Shown in pieces: positions 40,593-50,397 of a stretch of 64,000 nt of DNA. The notes under the pieces are model-generated. The model saw only the letters and a list, made by a program, of their open reading frames with translations, was not told the origin of the DNA and ran no database searches. Both the position numbers and the translations under genes were made by a program. Source of the stretch: Candidatus Latescibacterota bacterium (GTDB lineage: Bacteria > Latescibacterota > UBA2968 > UBA8231). Location of the stretch: contig OZ253462.1 in the NCBI GenBank assembly GCA_965261395.1, positions 2,816,001 through 2,880,000 of the forward strand, given 5' to 3'. The stretch's first letter is position 1. Each line of letters begins with the position of its first letter.

Positions 40593-43000
40593 TTACCGCA
40601 GCAACATCATGCGGCGAGTGATGGCGAAGGAGGTTCCTTCCAAGCGGTAGATATAGACCCCGCTGGCCATCTCTTGGCCACTTCCGTCCTTGCCGTTCCA
40701 AGCCAGTACGTGCGCTCCAGCCGCAAGATAGCCATCGGTCAGCACGCGCACGATCTGGCCGGTTAGGTTGTAGATGACCAAGCGCGTAGGACCGGCCATG
40801 TTGGCGGGGATTTGGAAGGGGATTACCGTGGAGGCATTGAAGGGGTTCGGCGCGTTCTGCTGCAGGAAGGGACGGGCGGCCTCGGCATGCAACCGGTACG
40901 CTTGTCCCTCAATCACCACCACCATATCCAGACCCAACCCAACGAAGGGAGCCAGCGCATCCGGGGCTAGCGCGTCGAAGCTAACCTCGACGATGGGCAT
41001 GCCTAACTGGAACGCTGTATCGACCCACAGCTCGTCTTGACGGTAGAAAGACCGGCCAAGCCACGTCGCCATTTCAGATTCGTCCTCCACTGCAGTACTA
41101 CCGAACGAATCACCCACGGCCGAGTCCTCAGTGCCTTCGGGCAGAGGCAAGGGCACCGACACAGTCTCCAGACCGTCCTCGTTGCGGATGCGGCGGTCGA
41201 TGGCAATAAAGGAGGTGTACTTGGTGAGCAAGTTGTAGTCCAAGCCTAGCTGCGTTATCTGGGGACGCAGGGCGTCGCTGTAACTGGCCTGTTCATCGTC
41301 GCTGAGTTGGTCAATGCGGTGGCGGGCCCACAAATAGCGCAGGGCCTTGTTGGTGGGCTTGGCTTGGAAAGTGGATACGTCGAATTGGGCGCTGTATGCT
41401 TGGTCGCCGGTGCGGCCTCCTAACAGCACAGTGCCCGCGGCCGCGCCGCGCCACTTGCCAAAGACGACGATCGGCCGATCCGCCAGCATATCGGGGATGA
41501 AGGCCGGCTCCACTTCATACGCGTCAAAGCCTTCGAATCCCGCCTCTACTTGGGTGAGGATGGGAGTGCTAATATACGATTGGAAGCGGGCGGCCTCGTC
41601 GGGCGCTTGCCCCTCGTCAATGACCACGAAAGGCTCGCCTTGGCCGGCCCGGGCGAGGCCTTCGATGAGGAAGCGGTTGACCGACGAGCCAATGCCAAAG
41701 GCAAATAAGCTGGCTTGGCCCAGACGCTGACGCACCAGTTTAAAGGCGGCTGCTTCAAAGTCGACGAAACCATCGGTGATCACCGCGACGATGCGGGCAT
41801 AGCCCTCCCCGGCCAGAGGCAGACCGAAAGCCCGGTTGAGCCCGATGAGCAACTCGGTACCACCCCCGCCCTGTTGCCCGTCAATGAAGGCCCAAGCCTG
41901 GTCAAGATTTTCCTGAGTGGCCGGCAGCGAGCGGTCGCTCAAAACCGCCGCCGCGCCAGCGAAGAGGACGACGTTAAAGCGATCCTCAGGGCGCAACTGG
42001 CCGAGCAGATTTTTCATCAGGCCCTTTGACACCGTGAGGGGGAAGCCCCTCATGGAGCCGGATACATCGATCACAAAGATATATTCGCGCGGTGGAATCT
42101 GGCTCAGCTCTGGACGGGCGGGCGGCTGGGCCATGAGCAAAAAGAAATTCTCCTCTTCTCCCTCGTACAACAGCAGACCCGACTCGACCTGTTGGCCGGC
42201 TAGCTGGTAGTGCAGGATGAAATCGCGGTTGCCGCCAAAACCGCCCGCCGGATCCAAAGTCAGGCGCAATTCCTCCGGGGCGTCCTGCGCGACGATCACG
42301 GCGTGGCTGGGGCAGTCGTAGGCTTGGATGGGCAGGCCGGCGGCCAAGCTCATCTCGATCGCATAGGTGTAGTTGGGATCTTCGCCCTCGTGCAAATAGG
42401 GAATGAGTTCGGCCCCGCCCGGAGCCAGGATTTCATTGACCGCCTCGGGGGAATAGCGCGGGCCGACCACAGTGGGCAGGACGAATTCGTACTGTTTTTC
42501 CGTGGGTACTAATAATTCCGTATAGGACAGGCGCACGGCAATGGAGTCTCCCGGCAGGATATTGGCCACGTTCATCTTGAAGACGTTGGGGCGCTCCTGT
42601 TCGAGCAGGGAAGCGGTCTGGCCCTGCTCGCGCGCCTCCTCGTATTCCCGACGGGCCTCCTCGCGCTCGCGAATCTCAGCGATGATTTCGCGGTCGCCGG
42701 TGTGCATCACCATGCCGTACACCGCGGCCCGAGTCGAGGCCGGGAATATGTAAATAGCTTCGAGCGGTCGAGTGCCTTCGTTGCGGTACACCTGCTCGAT
42801 GGTCACGTCGGCGATGACCCCGGCAATGTGGACTTGGGCGGCCACCGACTTGAGCGGCAGTTGGTCCACGGACGGATCGTCGGTATCGACGAAGAAGAAA
42901 GGAGCTAGAGTTCTGTCAGCTACGGATGGGTCTTGTTGGGCCGAGGCCGCTACGGCTCCCAGCAATAAGACCAATGCAGTAAAGCTAGAGGCACGTTCAT
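40593..43000 (-). CDS. Secreted VIT + vWA domain protein with C-terminal FlgD-Ig domain (1-nt slip in signal peptide)
   Basis: LEAIYIFP, ASLLEQ, IDVSGSM MIDAS, GGGT, ITDG, QNAPNPFN. ATG 43000 is one base out of frame (restored: MKRASSFTALVLLL); the track ORF starts at 42974. Confidence 0.85.
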
Positions 43001-43057
43001 TGGGGCACCTCTCTGGAGTCAGTTAGGAGTAGAGCGTCAGCAGTGGCCCCGCTTGGG

Positions 43058-44395
43058 TCATCTGGGTTCGAGGCGATCGATGCGCCCTTCCTGGAGATCC
43101 ACTTCCAGCCAAGGATCGGCCGTGTCGCGGCGGAACTGGTAGAGTTGGGTGCGCATCTGGGCGGCCAACTCCTGCAAGTGGGGGTCGTCGATCCGATTGA
43201 CGCTTTCGGTGGGATCGGCCTCCAGATCGTATAACTCCTCGGGCTCCCGCGCGAGCACGTGGCGAGTGGGACGCTGGCCCATAGTGGGAATCGCGTCGCG
43301 CCGCACCGCCGTCCACGTGGTCGAACGGAACAGGTCCGTGGGCAGCAGGGTGGTGAGACCAGCGGCCAAGTTGCGCACGAATTTGTAGCGCCGTCCGCGC
43401 AGCACCCGGTAGGGATTGTAATCGACCACCTCGTGAAAGCAGTGCGAAAAGAACGTGTGATCCCAGTCGGGGACGGACGGATCGGCTAGTCCCGGCAGGA
43501 GGGAGCGGCCCGGCAAATCCTCGGGGACGGGCACCCCGTACCAGTCGTGCAAAGTGGGGCGGATATCGGTCCAATTGACGAGGGACTGGCTGCGGGTGCC
43601 GGGGGCGGCGATGCCCGGTGCCCGCAGGATAAAGGGGCAGTGGTGGCCGCTGTCGAAGAAGGATGCCTTAGCCCCGGGGAAGGGCATGGCGTGGTCGGTT
43701 GTGACGATGACCAAGGTCTCGTCGGCCCGGCCCGATTCCTCCAGTGCGTCGAGCAAACAGCCCACGCCAAAGTCGAAGCGGGAGACCGCTTGATAGTACT
43801 CGGCGAGGTCAGCGCGCACGTCGGGCACATCGGGCAGGTAGGGCGGAACCACCACGTCATCGGGGCTGTACGGAGTTTCGGGCACGTCTGAGTAAGGGCG
43901 CTCATTGCCAAAACCCCGACCCGCGCGGTGGGGATCGGAAAACCCCACGTGCATATAGAACGGCTGGTCGGGATGAGCGGCCCAAAAGTCGTGAGCGGCG
44001 CGGGCTAGTTCGACGCCGTTCCTGGCATTGACCTTAGGCTCAAAGTCGAAGGGGTACACGCTGGGCGGTTCTACGTGCTTTTTGCCGATGCAGGCCGTGG
44101 CGTAGCCATGCTCCTTGAGGCTGGAAGGCGTGGAGGTAATATGGGAGTGCGTGGAGAAGCCGTGGATGCCGTGGCAGTGGCCGTACTGGCCGTGGGTGTG
44201 GCTGTGGTATCCGGTGAGGATGCAGGCGCGGCTGACCGCGCACGAAGGGCTGGTGCAGAAGGCTTGGTCGAAGATCGCGCCCTCGCGGGCGAACGCGTCA
44301 ATGCGGGGTGTGCGAACGACGCTATTGCCGTAGCAGCCGGCGATGCGACTCCAGTCGTCGGCGATGAGGAATAGGACACTGCGCTGGGCGGTCAT
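43058..44395 (-). CDS. Sulfatase (N-sulfoglucosamine sulfohydrolase-like)
   Basis: IADD, CAVSRACILTG, GKKH, DPHR, TDH, ELYDL..DP.E. Confidence 0.92.
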   Translation of the reverse strand: MTAQRSVLFLIADDWSRIAGCYGNSVVRTPRIDAFAREGAIFDQAFCTSPSCAVSRACILTGYHSHTHGQYGHCHGIHGFSTHSHITSTPSSLKEHGYATACIGKKHVEPPSVYPFDFEPKVNARNGVELARAAHDFWAAHPDQPFYMHVGFSDPHRAGRGFGNERPYSDVPETPYSPDDVVVPPYLPDVPDVRADLAEYYQAVSRFDFGVGCLLDALEESGRADETLVIVTTDHAMPFPGAKASFFDSGHHCPFILRAPGIAAPGTRSQSLVNWTDIRPTLHDWYGVPVPEDLPGRSLLPGLADPSVPDWDHTFFSHCFHEVVDYNPYRVLRGRRYKFVRNLAAGLTTLLPTDLFRSTTWTAVRRDAIPTMGQRPTRHVLAREPEELYDLEADPTESVNRIDDPHLQELAAQMRTQLYQFRRDTADPWLEVDLQEGRIDRLEPR

Positions 44396-44401
44396 AGGGG
44401 C

Positions 44402-44830
44402 CTAGGCAGACGCCGACTCAGAGGTGCCCTTGTGCCGCTCGTCGTACGGGAGTTCGCACGCCTCATCGGCGCATTCGACCCTGCCGAACCGATGCCGATT
44501 GCGCGCGATGAGTCCGTAGCCAGCGCGAAATAGCTGCTTCAGTCCCGGAATGCAGTACACCCAGGTGAACAGATGCCAAGGAGGAAGCCGGCGGTAAATC
44601 TGGTACACTGCATCTGCCCCGACATCGACCTGCCCGCCGGCGTGAATGAGGCGCAGGCCGGTGTTAAAGTCGGAACTGGAGAGGACCGGAAACCGCTCTT
44701 CGATGCCGTCCGTTTGGCGCGGCAGGTACTCGAAGCAGCCGTTGCGGTCAAAGCGGCGAATGCGGCCGACGCTCCACAGGCAGAAACGGCATTCGCCGTC
44801 GTACACGATTACAGGAAGAGTTTCGCTCAT
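44402..44830 (-). CDS. DCC1-like thiol-disulfide oxidoreductase (DUF393)
   Basis: YDGECRFC; Y..IARNRHR..G. Confidence 0.9.
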   Translation of the reverse strand: MSETLPVIVYDGECRFCLWSVGRIRRFDRNGCFEYLPRQTDGIEERFPVLSSSDFNTGLRLIHAGGQVDVGADAVYQIYRRLPPWHLFTWVYCIPGLKQLFRAGYGLIARNRHRFGRVECADEACELPYDERHKGTSESASA

Positions 44831-44864
44831 ATTTTAAGATACCCTCTACATTGCAAGTATTATG

Positions 44865-44891
44865 ATTATACCACAGAAGTGTTAACGTCAA
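44865..44891 (-). promoter_or_regulatory. Extended -10 sigma70-like promoter
   Basis: TTGACG-N15-TATAAT with TGn immediately before the -10. Confidence 0.55.
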
Positions 44892-45156
44892 CAAACGCGT
44901 TGTGCAAGTGCTGAATTTAGGAAGCGCCGGACGAGAGACGGCCCCGTGTGTGCCCGTGCGTCAACCGTCCGCCGCGTAGCCCGCCGCATTTAGGGATCTG
45001 GCCGCTCGTTGCGATTGCGACTGTGTACCGAGCGATGTACCTTCGTTTCGCATAAATAGCATCTAGCGGTCGTTACCCTAACCCGAATCAATTATTTGGA
45101 GATAAGCAGTTATGAGAAGCTACAAAAAAAGAACATTCGCTGCGTATTATGGGACT

Positions 45157-45231
45157 ATGACAACAACGGAAAACAGCTTCTTTGATTCTAACGGTGTCCA
45201 AATTCGCTATGCTGACGAAAGGCAAGGCTGA
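45157..45231 (+). pseudogene. N-terminal remnant of alpha/beta hydrolase
   Basis: MTTTENSFFDSNGVQIRYADERQG*; resembles typical hydrolase starts. Confidence 0.45.
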
Positions 45232-45233
45232 CG

Positions 45234-46040
45234 ATGATGACCGAAGAACAACGCTATCTTTTTGATCTATGCGGTTTTCTGCACCTGAAGAACGCCCTGA
45301 CTCCGGAGGAACTGGATGCGGCTTCGGAGGCCGTCAGGCGCTACATCGGCAGCGCACCGGAAGACCTGCCGCCGCATTTCGGACAATCAAAAAATCTCAA
45401 GGGCTTTGCGCACGGCTTCGCCTTCGACCGAGCGCTGGAAAAGCTGGTCTTTCTGCCTGCAGTCTGGCCCATCGTGCTGGAGCTGACCAACGGCAAACCC
45501 ATGCTCGCCAGCGGTACCCTGATGGTCGACGATCCCGACGGACACACCGAGGCGGTGCCGCTGCACTGCGCCCGCGAAGACTACGGCTTTGAGAGCGCCC
45601 GTTACGAGGTGCGCGAGGGCCGTATCTACTGTGACGACTTTGTGGTGTTTCCCTACTTGGACGATGTGCATCCCGGTGATGGCGGGCTACTAGTGGTGCC
45701 GGGGTCGCACAAAAGCCAGTTTGACCGGCCGCCGCAGTTATTTTCCCAGGGTCTCATCGAAGGGGAGGTACCGCCGGGGGTCATCAATATCACGCCCGCG
45801 GCCGGGGATGTGGTGGTTATGCCTGAATGCATGACCCACGGGGTCCTGCCCTGGAAATCCGCCGACCGCCAGCGCCGGGTGCTGACGCTGCGCTACCGGC
45901 CACACCACCGCCAAGCCGGCCCCATTCCGGCGGCGGTCAAAGAGCGGCTGGCACCCGAAACGCGCGAGTTGGTCGAATCGGCGCACTATACCCATGAAAA
46001 GGAAATCGCCACTCGGCAACGGGTGAGCCTCAGCGAGTAA
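45234..46040 (+). CDS. PhyH family dioxygenase
   Basis: RYLFDLCGFL, LH, DGGLLVVPGSHK, THG, RR.L..RY. Confidence 0.88.
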   Translation: MMTEEQRYLFDLCGFLHLKNALTPEELDAASEAVRRYIGSAPEDLPPHFGQSKNLKGFAHGFAFDRALEKLVFLPAVWPIVLELTNGKPMLASGTLMVDDPDGHTEAVPLHCAREDYGFESARYEVREGRIYCDDFVVFPYLDDVHPGDGGLLVVPGSHKSQFDRPPQLFSQGLIEGEVPPGVINITPAAGDVVVMPECMTHGVLPWKSADRQRRVLTLRYRPHHRQAGPIPAAVKERLAPETRELVESAHYTHEKEIATRQRVSLSE

Positions 46041-46816
46041 TGCGAACAATGGGACACGACTGGACACTTGCCCTTGAACAGCAGACGGACCTGACCTCAT
46101 CCCATGGCGCGGTGTCCGAGTTGGCGGCAGGGGTACGCCGAGGCGCAGATCTCAGGCTTTACATGACCACAGATCGGTACGAGGAAACGCTCTATTTCCA
46201 GCAGACTTATGCCGGTGGGGGGGACGCGTTTGCAGGACTCATGAGCCACCACCATAGCTATGTACATCGCGGCCAAGACATACAGCAACCATACATCAGC
46301 ATCTTCAAATACGACGAGTCCGGAACCTTCTGCCACGTGAAGTGGATGTGGCCTGATGTGCGCGTGGATGAGAGCCAGGCCTATCCGTACGGGATATATC
46401 GGTGGTTTATCTGCGACCGCTGGCGTACGGTCTACGAACACGATGCCGATGGCAATGCGGTACGCGGCAATCTGGAGGAACTGAAAGAGCATGTCCGGCA
46501 GGGACACTCGGTTCAGGTAGGAGTCCGCCAACTGTTCGGCTTGGCCGAGGATACCACTGACGGGCCATCGCACATCTCGTTTGGCACAACGATGCAGCCG
46601 CTCATCCGCGATGGCCATGTACAGTCCAACTGCGACCTCGTTGTGCTAGGCGCTCCGAAATGGCCGTGCACTTGGCGCGACGGCCTCCATGTGGCAATGA
46701 TGCTGCCCTCCACATCCGGTGAGATTCTCTGCTTCCTTGCTGAACCGGGGAATCTCCCGTTTAAACGGGTCATGCGGCGGCGCTCCATGCAGTGGATGGT
46801 GGCAGAGATGGCGTGA
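46040..46816 (+). CDS. Hypothetical protein with internally duplicated domain
   Basis: WTLALE...HGAVSELAAGVRRGADLRL and WRTVYEHD...RGNLEELKEHVRQGHSVQV; coupled to phyH by TAATG. Confidence 0.7.
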   Translation: MRTMGHDWTLALEQQTDLTSSHGAVSELAAGVRRGADLRLYMTTDRYEETLYFQQTYAGGGDAFAGLMSHHHSYVHRGQDIQQPYISIFKYDESGTFCHVKWMWPDVRVDESQAYPYGIYRWFICDRWRTVYEHDADGNAVRGNLEELKEHVRQGHSVQVGVRQLFGLAEDTTDGPSHISFGTTMQPLIRDGHVQSNCDLVVLGAPKWPCTWRDGLHVAMMLPSTSGEILCFLAEPGNLPFKRVMRRRSMQWMVAEMA

Positions 46817-46823
46817 GCATTTT

Positions 46824-46908
46824 GTCTAACAAACCGGATCACCTTGACAGCGGTGCCCGTAGGCAGCACAGCGACCTCCTGTCCTTGCGAAGGGCCAAGA
46901 CGTTGTAC
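46824..46908 (+). mobile_element. Degenerate attC-like integron cassette site
   Basis: GTCTAAC (R'') just after a stop codon ... GTTGTAC (R'); 85 bp; weak internal symmetry. Confidence 0.45.
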
Positions 46909-46947
46909 GCCATGCACCATCCTTTCCAAATCTCACAGGATTCACGC

Positions 46948-48105
46948 ATGAGCAAGAGAACGCTGAAATGGTTGAAATGTGCGACCTGCGGAGAGAGTAA
47001 GCCGGATACTCACTTTCATCAACGTGCAAGATCGAAAACCGGGTATGCTCCCAGCTGTCGCACATGCGTGAATAGGAAGCGCCGCAGCAAGAAGGCCACA
47101 CCTGCGGCCACCGGAACGCATTTGAAGACCTTAGTGAAAAAAGGTGACTTGAATAGTTTGAAAATCCTGGTCGAGAAGAAACTCACGCGTTCTTTCGACG
47201 CACTCCTGAATACGTGTGTGACGCCTTATGTTTCGTACCCAAAGATAGCTGCACATCCGAAACTCGTCCGCTTCCTCATCCAGAGAGGCGCTGACCCAGA
47301 CGCTCGGGGAACGCACGGGGAACGAATGCTATCTCTTGCCGCAAAGACGGCCCGACCAGACTTGGTCGAAGCACTCATAGACGGAGGCGCGACGGTCAAC
47401 TTTTTCAATGCTGCCGCAATTCTGGATCTGTCCGCGGTAAAAGGGTTCCTGGCAAACGATAAGTCCATCGCCAAGGCGACGGATGATAACGGACTGACTG
47501 GATTGCACTATTGCGCAGGATCAGCGCTAGGTCGGGTTACAGAGGAACATCAAGAGCGACAACTCGGTCTGATCGATCTTCTATTGAATGCAGGATCCGA
47601 TCCAAATCTTGAGGTCGAAATGGGGATAGCTGTCACGCCGCTGGTCTCTTGTTGTCAGAGCGGGGGAGCCGTTCCTGTTATTCAAGCACTGGTGCGTGGC
47701 GGTGCAGAGCCGAATCATCCAAACGCGCTGAGGGCGGCTCTGCGACACTTCAAGAAGAAGCGTACCTCGGAGAATCCTGTTGCCAATGCGTTGATTGATT
47801 GCGGATGTGAAGTAGACGGATTGATTGATGCAGACAGGACGTGCCTCCATCTCTATAGCCACCACGAAGAGATACAGGCTGTATCTTGGCTTCTAGAGCA
47901 CGGCGCGTCAGTGCATGCGCGAATAGCGGATGGACGAACACCTCTTCATTTGGCAGTAGAAAGGAACAACAACACAACGGTCGTCGAGCTTTTAGTTGGC
48001 TATGGAGCTGATATTGATGCCAAAGACAGACTCGGGAAGAAGCCCATAGACTACGCACGGAGTAACAACAAAGCGAGAATTGTGGAATTTCTTAGCAATC
48101 AATGA
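46948..48105 (+). CDS. Ankyrin-repeat protein with N-terminal C4 zinc finger
   Basis: CATC...CRTC; TGLHYCA, TPLV, TCLHLY, GRTPLHLAV, GADIDAKD; likely start 46948. Confidence 0.88.
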   Translation: MSKRTLKWLKCATCGESKPDTHFHQRARSKTGYAPSCRTCVNRKRRSKKATPAATGTHLKTLVKKGDLNSLKILVEKKLTRSFDALLNTCVTPYVSYPKIAAHPKLVRFLIQRGADPDARGTHGERMLSLAAKTARPDLVEALIDGGATVNFFNAAAILDLSAVKGFLANDKSIAKATDDNGLTGLHYCAGSALGRVTEEHQERQLGLIDLLLNAGSDPNLEVEMGIAVTPLVSCCQSGGAVPVIQALVRGGAEPNHPNALRAALRHFKKKRTSENPVANALIDCGCEVDGLIDADRTCLHLYSHHEEIQAVSWLLEHGASVHARIADGRTPLHLAVERNNNTTVVELLVGYGADIDAKDRLGKKPIDYARSNNKARIVEFLSNQ

Positions 48106-48128
48106 GCGGAGCAACTGCTGAGCACGGC

Positions 48129-48206
48129 GCACAACACCGAGTGCCCGCCTCCGCTTCGCTTCGGGAAACCTGCTGCGCAGGTTCGGACACTCTGAACTCG
48201 TTAAAT
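48129..48206 (+). mobile_element. attC-like integron cassette site
   Basis: GCACAAC...GTTAAAT, 78 bp; GAGTGCCCG/CGGACACTC arms and inner AACCTGC/GCAGGTT stem. Confidence 0.6.
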
Positions 48207-48333
48207 GACATGGGATGAGACAGACACCTCTTCAGTATACCTTTAGAATTGAGGCGGATATACTGCGTTTTCGCAGTTCAAGAACGAGCAAAATAACTCC
48301 AGGAGACCGAAACAGTACGATAGGCAACTCACA

Positions 48334-49122
48334 ATGATTGATGATTCCTACAGTTCAGGAGCGAAGCATTACGACGCTGCATACAGCGTCAAAGAGGATT
48401 TGGTGGACCGGGACTTCTATCTCGATCTAGCCAATGAGTACGGTGGCCCGGTCCTCGAGTTTGGCTGCGGCACTGGGAGAATTACCTTGCCGCTGGCGCG
48501 ACAAGGTGTTGATGTCACGGGGATAGATGCTTCTCATTCAATGCTGGAGGTCTTGCGCGCCAAGCTCGTCAAGGAACCTAGAAGCGTACGACGGAGAACG
48601 CGAGTTATAGAGGGAGATTTTCGCACCCATTATTTGGGGGATCAATTTTCCTTGGTAGTAATTCCATTCAGACCCATGCAGCATATGTACGCTACGGAAG
48701 ATCAACTGGCGGCCCTGCAAAACGCCGGGAGACACTTAGCAGATGGTGGCATCCTCGCGTTTGATGTGTTCAATCCCCGTTTCGACAAAATTCTATCGGG
48801 CGTCGGCGAAGAATACTTGGACCTGGAGTGGCCTGCACAAGACGGAACGGATCGGATGATCCGACGGTATTTTGTAAAAGACGAGATTGACCTGATCAAT
48901 CTGAATTTCTCGGGCAGGTTTATCTTCCGATTGTGTGAGGGTGATAAGGTTCTATCTGAGGAGGAGCAGCCGTTGAAGATGAGTTTCTATACTTATCCTC
49001 ACCTCAAAGTGCTTTTCTGCGCTGCCGGTCTTGAGAGTGTGGGAGAATTCGGATCATTTGATCGGCGACCGATAGGGCCCGAGGCCCCCGAAATGATATT
49101 CCTACTGAAGCGTCGGCAATAG
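48334..49122 (+). CDS. Class I SAM-dependent methyltransferase
   Basis: VLEFGCGTGR, GIDAS..ML, GDF, HL..GG.LAFD. Confidence 0.9.
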   Translation: MIDDSYSSGAKHYDAAYSVKEDLVDRDFYLDLANEYGGPVLEFGCGTGRITLPLARQGVDVTGIDASHSMLEVLRAKLVKEPRSVRRRTRVIEGDFRTHYLGDQFSLVVIPFRPMQHMYATEDQLAALQNAGRHLADGGILAFDVFNPRFDKILSGVGEEYLDLEWPAQDGTDRMIRRYFVKDEIDLINLNFSGRFIFRLCEGDKVLSEEEQPLKMSFYTYPHLKVLFCAAGLESVGEFGSFDRRPIGPEAPEMIFLLKRRQ

Positions 49123-49149
49123 TCTTTTCTCGAAAGAAAGGGGTATAAA

Positions 49150-50037
49150 ATGCGTCTCCTACCGATTTTAGGGGTCTTGGCCATTTCAGCAAATCTCCAA
49201 GCCCAGCCGCAAGCGGCTATCAATCGTCAGCCTGTATCCGAAGAGGTGTTCGCAACGATTGCCGACCACTACGGGTACGACCAGTCTCAGCCTCTGGACA
49301 CATCTGTTATAGGCGTTTGGCCTCATAGGCTGCCGTATATTATCGAAAAAGTAGAATTTAGTAGCATTCACGATGAGCGTGTGCCCGCCTACTTTACTCA
49401 TCCTAAAGATTCTACCGCAACGCGCTATCCAGCCGTTCTGCTGCTTCACGGGGCCAACGATTTCTGGGGCAAGAACGAGGACTGGGCTCTTGAGTGGATG
49501 GATATTCTATCGCGCGAGGGGTGGTGTGTGCTGGTTGCTGATTTTTATGGCTTTGGCGAACGGAAAAAGGCTGGACAGGTACCCTCGTGGGGGGCAGGCC
49601 CCTACACGGGGCGCGATATAAACATTCAAGCCGTGACCGACCAGAGACGGGGCATTGACTTTTTGTTTTCCCGTCCAGAAGTGGACACGACCAAGGTAGC
49701 CTTGATGGGTGGGAGCATGGGCGGTTATTTCGGTACTTTCGTAGCGGGTCTTGAAAGCCGATTCACCACTGTCGTTTTGACCGTGACCGGTGCCTGGCCG
49801 GGAACGGCGACGGATGATGCATTGGCTCGATTTAGCCATACGCTGAATTTCGCCCCTCGGGTTAGCGCACCAATACTTATGGTCAATGCGACCGGAGATG
49901 GTCGTGCATTTGGTGAAGAGCTCTATAACGCAATGCCAGAACCCAAGCAGCAGATCTGGTATGAAAGTGAGCATTATTTACCGCCAAGAGAATACAGCGA
50001 GGATATACTTAACTGGTTCCATAAACATCTTGATTGA
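49150..50037 (+). CDS. Secreted alpha/beta hydrolase (acetylxylan esterase-like)
   Basis: Signal peptide; LLLHG, GGSMGG nucleophile elbow, C-terminal His. Confidence 0.85.
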   Translation: MRLLPILGVLAISANLQAQPQAAINRQPVSEEVFATIADHYGYDQSQPLDTSVIGVWPHRLPYIIEKVEFSSIHDERVPAYFTHPKDSTATRYPAVLLLHGANDFWGKNEDWALEWMDILSREGWCVLVADFYGFGERKKAGQVPSWGAGPYTGRDINIQAVTDQRRGIDFLFSRPEVDTTKVALMGGSMGGYFGTFVAGLESRFTTVVLTVTGAWPGTATDDALARFSHTLNFAPRVSAPILMVNATGDGRAFGEELYNAMPEPKQQIWYESEHYLPPREYSEDILNWFHKHLD

Positions 50038-50052
50038 CCTCGTGAGCGGAGA

Positions 50053-50376
50053 CTAATCATTCTTCAATTTGCCCATCCAAGCAAGCACTACGATGACCAC
50101 CGGCCAAAACGTAGTATTGATTAAATCGTGTATGCTTGCAGTTACTGCCTTAAGGCGAAAGTAACCCAGAGAGACATAATCATATCTTAGATCAAGAATC
50201 TCCATCAAGGATGCTATAATTACGACAGGGACCAAACACCGCGCTTCAATTGAGCCCTTTTTCCAAAGGACTACAGCCAAAAAGAACACGATCAATCCTA
50301 CATGCATATGGATCGAGTCCTTTGAAAGTTTCAAGATGGAGACGATTACTACCTTAGCTTCTTGATATTCGGACAT
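50053..50376 (-). CDS. Small hypothetical membrane protein
   Basis: 107 aa, three hydrophobic segments, LSKDSIHMHVG, DLINT.FWP; low GC. Confidence 0.7.
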   Translation of the reverse strand: MSEYQEAKVVIVSILKLSKDSIHMHVGLIVFFLAVVLWKKGSIEARCLVPVVIIASLMEILDLRYDYVSLGYFRLKAVTASIHDLINTTFWPVVIVVLAWMGKLKND

Positions 50377-50397
50377 TTCCCAATCTTTACTTTAAGT

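Noticed and set aside
24828-46040. Three PhyH genes as a novel system
   Set aside because: PhyH expansion is already known in such lineages, and the genes are unlinked and divergent.
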